A stretch of DNA of 64,000 bases from the IMG/VR virus record IMGVR_UViG_3300001683_000027; one strand, given 5' to 3'. The stretch comes from an uncultured virus (IMG/VR IMGVR_UViG_3300001683_000027) (lineage: Duplodnaviria; Heunggongvirae; Uroviricota; Caudoviricetes). The translations under genes were made by a program, and so were the position numbers. Of the stretch, positions 15,854 through 27,300 are shown in pieces (within the stretch, counting starts at the first letter, position 1; each line of letters starts with the position of its first letter). The notes beneath the pieces were generated by a model. That model was given only the letters and a program-made list of their open reading frames with translations. It searched no databases and was not told where the DNA came from.

Positions 15854-18693
15854 TGAGCAGAGAAAAGAATAGAGTTGAGGAGTTAATACCGGAAGCGTTA
15901 CTTGAGGTCGCGCTTCCTTTCATTGAGTTCCTTAAGAAATACTACGAGTTCATGGAAGAGGATGAGTTTTCTCCTTCTGCTGTTATCAATCGCGACCAGA
16001 TTGTTCGAAACACCGAGTCGACTAGTAGATTGTTTCTCCAGAAACTGTACACTGAAGTCGGTTCGGCAATATCCATAAACAAAGACAACATTGATGACGA
16101 TGTCGCTAATCTACTAAAGAATACAAGAATCCTATATGAAGCGAAGGGATCACTTGAATCAGTAAAGGTTCTCTTTAGAATTCTCTTCGGCGAAGATGTT
16201 GAAATCTGGTTACCAAGAGACTACATTTTTAAACCGTCAGATGGTAACTGGGACAGACAGTATTCGTTCATGGCGACGCTTGTGTCAGGTGATCCGCTTG
16301 ATATCGTCGGCGAGTTTGCTACGCTGTCCTCTCAATTCCCAGGACAACCAGTCCAGACATTTACTGCCGAAGTTGTTAGAATAGAGACGACGGTAAAGAG
16401 CGGACTGTATGAAGTGTTTGTTAGTAAGTATGCGATCAATGCATTCTACTACGGCGCGACACTGACGTTTGATGACGTCGAGATGACAATAGAATCAACC
16501 ACAGATCGGTTGATCAATACTACGAGCGTAGGTTCGGGATTCACATTCTCTCGGTCTTATGATGTCACTAACTGGACAAGAAACGTATTCGGATCCTACG
16601 TGACACCAGACGCCGTGGTCTTACCCGCGGGATTCACTGCTGGTCCAGGTGTTGCGACGCTAGACGTAATCAGCATATCTGGTTTATCTGTAGGCGACTA
16701 CATCTACGGAGATTCGGCGTTCGCATTAAACACAACCATTGCTTCTATAGTAGATTCGGACACTATTACAATATCTCCTGCGTTGATTGCTACCGTACCT
16801 ACAATCACTGCAGCGAATCTAGAATACTCGCGATATCCTGATAGTTATAACACGACACTTCAACCATATTTTGTCACCAAGACTGGAACAAGAAGAATTC
16901 CTTCTGTCAGTCCATTACGTACGTTTGATCTAGAGACATTTGTTTCAGATGCAACCACGGATGGTCTTAGAGTTGAAACTATCACGCGCGAAGAATATCA
17001 ATTAACTAATCTATACTACGATCAAGAAAGAACAGCAGTTATTGACAGAGGCGACGGCAAACTAGACTACAAAACGTATGTCGATTCGGACGTGTATTCA
17101 GCGCCGACCGTTAGTGTTAACTGGGATACAGTTATCAATGAACTGACAAAGATCGTGCATGCTGAATCCGATGGATCGCTGTATACCTTTTTCACAACAA
17201 ACGTAGGTACGACAGTCACTAGCGATAGTGCATCGACGTTTTCTGTTACGATGCCTGACGGATCTGTTGACTCTGCTACAGGCGATATCGGCACATCGAC
17301 GTTGTTACTCTCGTCGGTTGCGAATGTCGCGCCGGGTTATTACTTGTACGGCGACGCTGCACTCCAAGCAGGCACAACGATCTCCAGTATTTTTGGAAAC
17401 ACTGTAACACTGTCATCGCCGCTATTGGCAATGATCGATAGTGATGCAGCATTGACAGCACAACCTAATATCGCTGATTCTAGTTTCAATTTATATGTAA
17501 CGGACACATCCACACTAGTTGTCGGCGATCTCATAGAAGGCGTTGGACTCACAGCAGAGTCAATCGTTTCGTCTATTGTTGACAGTGCTCAGGTTGTTCT
17601 TAGTAAGTCGCACAACGGATATGTCTCCGGCATCACACTCGATGTTAACAACTATCAGCGAGGTGACATCAATCACGACAACGCGATTGGATTGGATGAC
17701 GTTGAGTTATTGGTTCGTCGATTAATGTCGGAGAATATTAGTTCAGCGAGTCTATATTGGATACAGAACATTATTGAAGGAGATATCAGTTCTCCTCCTG
17801 TAGCATCTTCTTACAATATAATCACAAATAAACGATCTGATTCTTACAGCACACTCTTGAATCTAGACAATACGTCTGGACTTCAGGTAGGATTCAGTGT
17901 TAGTGGTTCTGGAATACCCGCAAGCACAACGATTTCAACAGTAGACAGCATCGGTGCAGTTACACTAACCAACGCACTATCAACAGACCTATTAGGAGAT
18001 TCTGCTCCAATAACGTTGACGATAGGAACACAACTGGGCGCTGCAGCGAGTTTACGGCCAACGGATCTAGACGGATCAACGGGCATTATTGGTCATCAGT
18101 TTCAGAGTTACGGATACGATTATCCAAACTACTTCATTGGTGTACTGACGCCGGACAGTGGCGATCTATTCTCAGGTATATTCCGGTCTACTCCAGTCGC
18201 AAGATCCGAAGCGACGTACACAGATATTAAAGGCCATCTATCGAATGACATTAAACTGCAAGACGGTGACTTCTATCAGGACTTCTCTTATGTTATTAAA
18301 TCAGACAAGCAGATAGGAGAATTCCAGGACGTTCTGTATCGAACAGCACATCCAGCAGGCATGAAGGTGTTCGGACAACTACTTGCTGGCACAACAATAA
18401 CAACCGATGTCGATATTCCAGAAGCGGTTGTTGATAGTCGACTAAATAGACTATTACAACACCAGTTCGCCACTACCGATAGCGATTACAAGACGTTCGG
18501 TCTAGACCTCACAGTAACAGGCGCAGGTGGTGATTCTGCTGTCGCGACTGATGCAGCACCAACATTAATAACATACAAACCAATAACAGACACAGTTAGT
18601 GCCCTGTTACAATATGTTGAATCAGGGTACACCAATGACGATGTTGGTTACTTCGGAAGTGGAGAAATTGTTGTGGTTCAGTTGAACCCATAA
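15853..18693 (+). CDS. gp7: Baseplate wedge initiator gp7-like with inserted repeat domains
   Basis: FIEFLKKYYEF; LYEAKGS.ES...LFRILFGE; KPSDG.W; LQDGDFYQDFSYVIKS; HPAGMKVFG. Confidence 0.8.
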   Translation: MSREKNRVEELIPEALLEVALPFIEFLKKYYEFMEEDEFSPSAVINRDQIVRNTESTSRLFLQKLYTEVGSAISINKDNIDDDVANLLKNTRILYEAKGSLESVKVLFRILFGEDVEIWLPRDYIFKPSDGNWDRQYSFMATLVSGDPLDIVGEFATLSSQFPGQPVQTFTAEVVRIETTVKSGLYEVFVSKYAINAFYYGATLTFDDVEMTIESTTDRLINTTSVGSGFTFSRSYDVTNWTRNVFGSYVTPDAVVLPAGFTAGPGVATLDVISISGLSVGDYIYGDSAFALNTTIASIVDSDTITISPALIATVPTITAANLEYSRYPDSYNTTLQPYFVTKTGTRRIPSVSPLRTFDLETFVSDATTDGLRVETITREEYQLTNLYYDQERTAVIDRGDGKLDYKTYVDSDVYSAPTVSVNWDTVINELTKIVHAESDGSLYTFFTTNVGTTVTSDSASTFSVTMPDGSVDSATGDIGTSTLLLSSVANVAPGYYLYGDAALQAGTTISSIFGNTVTLSSPLLAMIDSDAALTAQPNIADSSFNLYVTDTSTLVVGDLIEGVGLTAESIVSSIVDSAQVVLSKSHNGYVSGITLDVNNYQRGDINHDNAIGLDDVELLVRRLMSENISSASLYWIQNIIEGDISSPPVASSYNIITNKRSDSYSTLLNLDNTSGLQVGFSVSGSGIPASTTISTVDSIGAVTLTNALSTDLLGDSAPITLTIGTQLGAAASLRPTDLDGSTGIIGHQFQSYGYDYPNYFIGVLTPDSGDLFSGIFRSTPVARSEATYTDIKGHLSNDIKLQDGDFYQDFSYVIKSDKQIGEFQDVLYRTAHPAGMKVFGQLLAGTTITTDVDIPEAVVDSRLNRLLQHQFATTDSDYKTFGLDLTVTGAGGDSAVATDAAPTLITYKPITDTVSALLQYVESGYTNDDVGYFGSGEIVVVQLNP

Positions 18694-18708
18694 TCGCAGG
18701 AACAATAG

Positions 18709-19683
18709 ATGAGTTTTAGAGAAAGCATTAAAGCAGATGGAAAAGTTAAGTTCACGCTCACCCGCGAGGACGGCACCGTGAAACAGATCATGGTGAAGAA
18801 CACTGTGGTTGATATAGGTCTTAATCATATTCTACAGAGATTAGCATCAGATGGTTCTATCCAAAACTTCGGTAGTCAGTACATTGATAGACGTTATCAA
18901 ATACAGACATTAGACGATGGAACAACGGTTACTGTTGATGGTAATCAGTCAGGTAGTACTTCTGCTATTCTGACGTCAAACATTGCAGTCGATTCTAATG
19001 AACTACCGTTACTCATAACAGGATCAACGATTCCTGTAGACACTTTTATTACGTCTAAGACGGGTTCAACAATTGTCAACATGTCTAATTCACACTCAGG
19101 ACTGACAGACTCAGACGTCCTGTCAGTTGGAGTAACCCAGTTCACTGATATCGGAGCAAGCGCGAACACTATAGGCACAACATTCACTGTTGCCTTCGCT
19201 ACAGTCGCCGCAACCAGTATTAAACTTGGACATCGATATGAAATACTGACAGTAGGTTCCACTGACTATACAGCAATCGGCGCAGACAACAGCACGATAG
19301 GTACTAGATTCACCGCTACAACCGTGGGTACGGGTACGGGTACTACATACGAGATAGGTTCAGGAACAGGCACCGTTCGTCCCGCAACAATGTCACATAT
19401 GGGCGTTGGTTCAGGAACGACAGCACAGACTGTATCTGATTCTGATCTAGAAACTGAACTCAATCGAATAGTGATGGGAACAGAGAATCAAACACCTCCC
19501 TCAATAACTTACAGTGCAAACTTTGGTGCAGGTATAGGAACAGGTACGATCACTGAGGCAGCAATATTCAATGCTGTGGATTCAGATGCTAATATGTTAT
19601 GTAGAACAACTTTTTCTGCTATAAATAAAGGTGCATCGGATACTTTAGAAGTCCAGTGGATCATCACAATCACAAGGTCTTAA
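18709..19683 (+). CDS. Virion structural protein (paralogue of 32376-32819 with a central insertion)
   Basis: VKNTVV..G..HI..RL ... MSHMGVG ... TGTITEAAIFN...MLCRT.F..INKG..DTL...W.ITI. Confidence 0.75.
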   Translation: MSFRESIKADGKVKFTLTREDGTVKQIMVKNTVVDIGLNHILQRLASDGSIQNFGSQYIDRRYQIQTLDDGTTVTVDGNQSGSTSAILTSNIAVDSNELPLLITGSTIPVDTFITSKTGSTIVNMSNSHSGLTDSDVLSVGVTQFTDIGASANTIGTTFTVAFATVAATSIKLGHRYEILTVGSTDYTAIGADNSTIGTRFTATTVGTGTGTTYEIGSGTGTVRPATMSHMGVGSGTTAQTVSDSDLETELNRIVMGTENQTPPSITYSANFGAGIGTGTITEAAIFNAVDSDANMLCRTTFSAINKGASDTLEVQWIITITRS

Positions 19684-19686
19684 GAA

Positions 19687-21318
19687 ATGCCAGCAATCAT
19701 AAAACCAACAATCAGTTCTGAGATCGCTAAGATTTATCAAAAGGCGATTCAAGCACAGACAACCAACGCGTATTTCGTTCTAGGCAAGATGACGTCCTGG
19801 ACGGACAGCGACCTTGGCGGTGGTGGTGTATACAATGATGCAAACGTACCTACTCCTGAAACTTCAGAAACGTATGAAGTAGAAACTAGATCAAACATCG
19901 TCAGTATCCAGCTGGCCGATATTTCCAACACATCGTTAGCGACATTAAGAAACGATTGGACGTCCGGTACAATCTACGACATGTATGATCCTAGGTACAG
20001 TTCTACGGTAACTGCGCCTAGTGGTTCGACCAATCTATCCGAGTCTAAGATGTTTGTTCTGACAGACGAATTCCATCTGTATAAGTGTATTGATAATAAC
20101 GGTGCTGTGGCATCTACTGTCAAACCTTCTGGTACAACAACATCATACCTCGCATTGAGTGATGGTTATGTATGGAAGTATATGAAGACTGTATCTATCA
20201 GCGAACGTAATCAGTATTTGTCCACACGTTTTGTACCTGTATCGGACATCGTCTCTTCTGGTTTCTATGATGGTCAGATAGGTTTCTCCATAACGAATGC
20301 AGGAACAGGTTATGTTGGTGACAATATTGTTCTGACGGTTTCAGGTGATGGATCGGGTGCTGATCTAGATGCAATAATTACGTCTGGATCGATATCGAAC
20401 GTTGTGATTAACAATCCCGGTTCTGGTTACACGTCAGGAACGATTGATATTACAACTCCGGATCCGGGAAAAGCACAAGGCATTAATGGTGCAATCACCG
20501 CGGTCATCAATCAGATCACGACACAGAACAACCAAACAAACGTCCAACTCGCTGCAATTGACAGAGAAATATCGGCCATCTCGATTATAAACGGTGGTTC
20601 TGGTTACACTGTTGCCACTGCTACTATTACGGGCGATGGTTCTAACGCGGCATGTACGCCTGTTCTGGTGGCAGGCGCTGTTGTGGGATTCACGTACACC
20701 AACAGAGGATCTGGATACAACATAGCATCTGTCGCGGTCGTTGGTGACGGTACAGGATTTCAAGCAGACGTTATTATAGCGCCGAACAACGGTCATGGTT
20801 TCTCACTTATCAACGACACGTATCCAACTGCAATATCAGCGTTTGTTCCTGGTATTAATAATCCAGTTCAGACAATGTCGGTGACAAAGAATTATCATCA
20901 ACTGGGTATCATCCTAGATCCTATTAAGTACAACGAGAATGGTGTGGCAAACTACGTCGATAGAGTTTCAATTCCTACAGCAACACCATGCTTTCTTATA
21001 ACCAAAGGTTCTATCACGGCCGTCGATTATACCGAAGGTGAGAAGTTAGTCGACTCAAGTGCTAACGAATTTATTGCTGTTGCAGTAGAGGATGGTAAGA
21101 TGTTGGTACAGGCACTAACACCTACAGAACCTACGGCAGGCATCACACTAGCGACTCAGGGTTTACCACCTGTCAATTTAGTTATCGATAGTGCAGGTGA
21201 AATCACCGCACCAACATTAGATCGTAATACTGGTAGTATATTGTATATAGATAATAGAGTACCATTTAATCGTGGAACTAACCAGATCGTCAACCTCAGA
21301 ACTTTCTTAGAATTTTAA
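19687..21318 (+). CDS. gp8: Baseplate wedge subunit
   Basis: RNDWTSGTIYDMYD; VLTDEF..YKCIDNN; DGYVWKYM; GSILYIDNR; late promoter at 19620-19627. Confidence 0.9.
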   Translation: MPAIIKPTISSEIAKIYQKAIQAQTTNAYFVLGKMTSWTDSDLGGGGVYNDANVPTPETSETYEVETRSNIVSIQLADISNTSLATLRNDWTSGTIYDMYDPRYSSTVTAPSGSTNLSESKMFVLTDEFHLYKCIDNNGAVASTVKPSGTTTSYLALSDGYVWKYMKTVSISERNQYLSTRFVPVSDIVSSGFYDGQIGFSITNAGTGYVGDNIVLTVSGDGSGADLDAIITSGSISNVVINNPGSGYTSGTIDITTPDPGKAQGINGAITAVINQITTQNNQTNVQLAAIDREISAISIINGGSGYTVATATITGDGSNAACTPVLVAGAVVGFTYTNRGSGYNIASVAVVGDGTGFQADVIIAPNNGHGFSLINDTYPTAISAFVPGINNPVQTMSVTKNYHQLGIILDPIKYNENGVANYVDRVSIPTATPCFLITKGSITAVDYTEGEKLVDSSANEFIAVAVEDGKMLVQALTPTEPTAGITLATQGLPPVNLVIDSAGEITAPTLDRNTGSILYIDNRVPFNRGTNQIVNLRTFLEF

Positions 21319-21331
21319 CGAGAAATAACAC

Positions 21332-24300
21332 ATGACAGATATAGATTTAAACACCACTCCTTACTTTGATGATTACGATGAGTCTAAAAACTTTCATCGC
21401 ATCCTATTCAAACCTGGTGTTTCTGTACAAGCAAGGGAACTGACTCAACTTCAGACAATTCTCCAAACGCAAATAGAAAGACATGCGACGCACATCTTCA
21501 AAGAAGGTGCGAGGGTCTTGGGCGGTGAGTTAACCTTTACTGGTGAACTCCGCGCGATCAAAATTGAAGACACGAATTCGGTTATAAACGTTGCTGACTA
21601 TGTCGACCAACTAGTAGGCACGACAGTTCGCGGTGAGACTAGTGGTGTTAAAGGAGTAGTAGTTGCGACAACTGCAGCGACTGCTACCGACGCTCTTACG
21701 TTATACATCAACTATACTGCAAACGGGATCGATAAGACTTCGGTCACATTCGCCGATGCTGAGAATCTACTCACAGAATCTGGAGTAGCAACATACGCGG
21801 CAGGTGAACGTGTAGCAGCAACTATAGCAGCAGGCGCAGCACAAACTGGTGTTGGTTGTTCAGTTGCGGTGGGTGTGTACTACATTAAAGGTGCTTTCGT
21901 TCAAGTTGAACCACAAACAATCGTACTGTCAAAGTACACAACAGACATTAACGCGCGCATAGGACTAACAGCAACCGAGACCATCGTTTCGAGTGAAACA
22001 GACGCGTCTCTTCTTGACAACGCAACAGGTTCACCAAACTTTGCTGCTCCTGGCGCTGACAGATTGGCGGTCGACCTCGTGTTGACCTCGCTTGATGTTG
22101 GTACAGTCTCTGATGCGAACTTCATCGAAATAGAAAGAATTACTGACGGTAAACTAACCGGGAAGGTTCGATCTAGCGAGTACTCAAAACTAGAAGAAAA
22201 CTTAGCACAACGAACTTTCGATCTGAACGGAAACGTTGAGGTTATTCCATTCAATCTGAAAATGAAAGAGTCAATTAACGACTATCAGAATCTTGGAGTA
22301 TACACCGCGGGTGTCACTACTTCGGATGGTAACACGGCTGCTGAACCTCTTATGGCGCTGCATGTGTCTGAGGGTAAAGCATACATCGAAGGATATGAAC
22401 TAGAGACAATTGGTTCTGTTTTTGTTGATGTCGAGAAGTCACGCGAGACAAATACCATTGCGGGCGGTGCCGTGGCACTTGAAGTTGGCAACTATGTTAA
22501 ACTTGAAAATCTGCATGGCATGCCTGACATTGTTGACTATAGTGGGTCTATCAATAATTATCCTATTCTAGAACTTCGCGATACGTTCACAGTCACGTCT
22601 GGTGCAGCAAGTGGTAGTCTCATCGGTCACGCACGTCCACGTTCCATCGAGTTTGATGGAAGCACACTAGGCGCAAGCGACGATGTGTTTGACTCTGCGA
22701 CGACATACAAGATGTTTATGTTCGACGTCAACATGCTCACCGAACTAGCACTAGACTCTGCGGCACAATCTTCTAACATCCTCGCGGGTACGCGTGTGAA
22801 GGGTGCTACATCTTACGCTTCGGGATTCGTCGATTCTTCATCAACATCCAGCATCCTGAAACTTTCAGGTGTATCTGGATCTTTCAATGCATCCGAAGTT
22901 CTACTAACGAACAACTACGACTCCGCTGCTATTGGATTCAATGTAAGAAACGCCGCTAACACTCGTGACGTGACAATTACTACTATAACAGAAAACGCGT
23001 TTGATGCTGTGAAGCAGATGTACTATGATGACGCTACAATCGATTTCACTGCTGACGTGGACCTAGAAGTTGTAAATCAGATATCAGGTTCTGTGTCTGT
23101 AACAACAACAACTGTCAGTGGGTTTAACACCGCGTTCGTAACAGAGTTACGCGTTGGTGATGCGATTGATCTTCCTTCGGGCACGGCAGGTGTTACTGAA
23201 AGAAGAATTGTGAACAGCATAACAGACAACACCAACATGACGTTGACAGTAGCAGTGACCGTCAATGTGACATCTGTCGCAGCGAGTGTTGCTAGAGGAA
23301 CATTCAACGACCAAGACAAACTACTATCACTTAGAAAGTTGTCTAAGGAATATGTCAAAGTCGTTTCTAGTAGAGCACTGGAATTTCGTAGACAATATCT
23401 CGTTACAACAAACGGATCATCCGAGGCAACGCTAACAAGCGAAGCGGGAGCAACGTTCAACGCGAGGTCAAACACCGATTATCAAATAACAGTTCTAACC
23501 GCCGGAACAGGCAGTGCAGTCGCTGGTGATATGATTAACATGAACGCAACCAATCTGACATTTAATGCAGTATCTAATGCGTTAACATTAACATCGGTTA
23601 GCATATTCGGTGTGGGTGCAGCACTTAAAATCACTGCAACAATTCGCGCTGCCGATACCGTTTCGGGCCAGGGTGGTGGTGCAGCGAAAACGAAAGCAAA
23701 CAACGTTGCCGAACTGGTTAAAGTAGAGAACAAACTAAACGATGGCGGTGTTGCAAGACCATGGGGCACATCTGCTGTCCATGAAGAAATCTCACTGGGT
23801 GTGGGTGATGCATACGAACTGTTGGCAGTATATGATTCACTTGATACCGCAACGGATGCTGTTACTCCGACACTGACGTATTCTGGATTGATTTCTGGAC
23901 CATTTACAGCAAAAGAAATTGTGAACGGATCGTCTTCTGGCGCTTCTGCTATCATCATAAACGCAACAACTCCACTACTCTATATTCCATTAAGTTCTAT
24001 TGGATTTACTGTAGGAGAAACTATAACGGGCGTGTCTTCTGGTGCATCAGCAACTGTTGCCACATTAGTAAACGGTTCAACCAACATCACAAGCAGGTTC
24101 ACACTCGACACAGGCCAGCGTGATAACTATTATGATACAGCAAAAATCGTTCGTAAGGCGAAGGCAGCTAAACCAGTGGGAGAACTACTGGTTGTGTTCA
24201 GTCACTTCTCACATGGACAAGGCGAGTATTGTGATGTTACTTCTTATTCAGGAATAGATTACAAGATCATTCCATTCTATTCATCTACTCGCATAGATCC

Positions 24301-27300
24301 AGAGATCAGAAGTCCAAATGGAACATACGATCTCCGCTCTGCCATTGATTATAGACCTATAGTCGCGACTGCTACTAGAACTGGTCCTGATGGTGATGGT
24401 GCGTACAAGATCACCAGCAAGTCCTTAGAATTCCAAAGTAGATCATATGGTGCTTCCGTTTCATCTACGCCAAAAGATAACTCGAACTTCTCTAATAACA
24501 TAGAATATTATCTTCCTAGAACGGACTCTATCTTCCTTACTACTGCTGGAAGGTTCGTTGTTGTTAAGGGTGTTGCTGATGACGAACCACATATACCAAG
24601 TGAAATAAATTCAGCAATAAAAATCTGTGACGTATATCTAAATCCATATGTCATCACGATTGATGGAGATGTCCTTGTTGTTCAGAAGTCACACAAGAAC
24701 TTTCGTAAAGAAGATATCGCGCGACTGGAAGATAGAATCAACAACATCGAATACTACACGTCTTTGTCGTTGTTAGAATCGTCTGCTTCTCGTTTACAAA
24801 TTAAAGATGAGAATGGTTTGGATAGATTCAAGTCTGGTTTCCTTGTTGATAACTTCGGTGGTCACAAGACCGGTCAGGTAACTAATCCTGATTACAGAAG
24901 TGCTATCGATTTCAATCATAGAACACTACGTCCAAAACAATCAACAAAGAACATTGCGCTGAAAGAAATCAATACAACAGATACAGCGAGAACAATCTCT
25001 AATTATCAACGAACAGGCAGCTTGGTCACTCTTCCTTATACTGACGTTGTGATTGTTGACCAACCTTATGCGACGCGGGTAGAGAATCTAAACCCTGTGT
25101 TGTCATTCAGTTGGACAGGAACACTTACGTTGTCTCCGACTTCTGATGAGTGGTTCGATGAGAATTATCTTCCTGACATTAGAACAAACAGAGAAGGTAA
25201 CTTCAACGCTGTACTAACGGCAAACGTTAATCGTCTGGGAACAGTTTGGGGTGCAACAGAACTTACCTGGACAGGTAGAACTGTGGATGTCTCGCCGGTT
25301 CGCTTTTCAGTTTCCCGTCAGGTCGCTGACCCAGGAGGCGTCTGGGGCACGTTGCGACATTGGCGCGTTGAACGGTGGCGGAATAACGAGGATACAACAA
25401 GAACAATAACGGACACGTTTACTGGAACTCGCTGGGGACTCCAAACTTCCATAGCAGAAGTTATTAATACTAGACAGGTTGGTGATAGACAGATTAGTAA
25501 TGAACTCATTCCGTTCATGCGATCAACTGTAATCGAATTCAGTGCTGATGGTCTTAAACCTTTGACCCGAGTTTATCCTTTCTTCGATAACGTTGATGTT
25601 ACTCCATACGTTACTCCAACCGGTGGATCTATTGTCGGTACGTCTACAACAAGAGCGGTCACGACTACAGGCAACTGGACTACGCTCTATGGTTTGAGAC
25701 TGAAAAACTTCTGGTTACATAACCACATGGAACGTTCTAAGACTATTCGTGCTTACTACTCACAGACAGGTCCGAGTGGATGGACTCAACTAGGAACAGA
25801 TATACTGTACACTAGTAAAACTTCCGGTGATCTTGATCTTCCTACAGTTCCAGTCGCGATATCTCCTAATTCTTCTGGCGATCTTTGGATCAAGGTTGAG
25901 ATCGATCCGATGGAGCACTACGGTTGGAGCGACCTAGAGTTCCTCGACCAAAGTGTATCGACAATCTCTAGAGACTTGGTTGAACTTGAGAGTTTCAGAT
26001 TCACTAACTTCGGCGGTGGAACAGACAACACATGGGCATTCAATAACAACAGCGCAGGCCAAGTGTTTGCAAATCGTGGTTCGATTCCTGACTGGGACAA
26101 TCTAACGAATACGCAATTCGGCGCGCTGGCGCGAAGACGAAGTGAAGCAATCTTCAGAGTCCGAGATGGTGTTAAGTCTGTCGTTCCTGAGAGTGGTTCG
26201 ATTCTCATTACTGATAATAATACTATCAATCAGACGGCACTGGTAACAGATGCTACTGGTAGTGTTTACGGTAAGTTTCAGATTCCTAATCCAAATATTA
26301 CTGGTAATCCTAAATTCAGAACTGGTTCAAGAACACTTCGTCTGACATCTAACAGCAACAACGCCGACACTAGTCTAGAAACGTTTGCTGATGCTGCGTT
26401 TTCTTCGACTGGTATCTTACAGAACAGACAGAGATCTTTCATCTCTACTAGAAACGCACAACTTGTGACTAATCGAGTGGGTGGAAGAGTAGATACATCT
26501 CAGACCTCATCAGTCACCACTCGCGTAAGTAGTGATTGGAGCTCATGGCGATGGATGCAGTCGGAACCTTTTGATCCATTAGCACAGTCAGTCCAAGTAT
26601 CTACTGAGGGTGGTCAATTCCTAACTAAAGTCGATATCTTCTTCGCTGCTAAAGACACAACGATTCCGGTACGTCTACAACTTCGAGAAATGGAGAGTGG
26701 CGCGATAACCAACAGCATCATTCCTATGTCTCACGTCGTTGTGTTTCCAGAGGATATTACAACATCTGCTGATGGTAGCGTAGCAACGACATTTACCTTT
26801 GAGTCACCTGTGTATGTGACAGAAGGTGTTGAGTTCGCTATCGTTCTACTAACAGACTCGGAAGAATATACAGTGTTTATCTCTAAGTTGGGCGAGACAG
26901 ACCTGTCAGGTGGTAGAACAGTATCTAAGCAACCAAGTTTGGGTGTTTTGTTTAAATCACAAAACAACTCTACATGGACAGCATACGATTACGAAGACTT
27001 GAAATTCACTTTGTATCGCGCGCAGTTCGATACTTCGGTGAATGGTGTTCTTAATCTAGAGAACAGACCTATCGCTGAGAAAAATCTAGTGACAGATCCA
27101 ATAGAGTGTTTCGCTGGTGGTACAAGTATAAAAGTGTCTCACTATGATCACCACATGTACGCTACCAATAACGATGTTAAGATCAGTGGTGTTACTTCAA
27201 ACATCTACGGTGTTCTGAACGGTAGTATGTCAATCGGCGACAGTGACCTATCATTAACAGGAGCATTGGCCTTTCCTACATCCGGAACAGTGTCGTTGAG

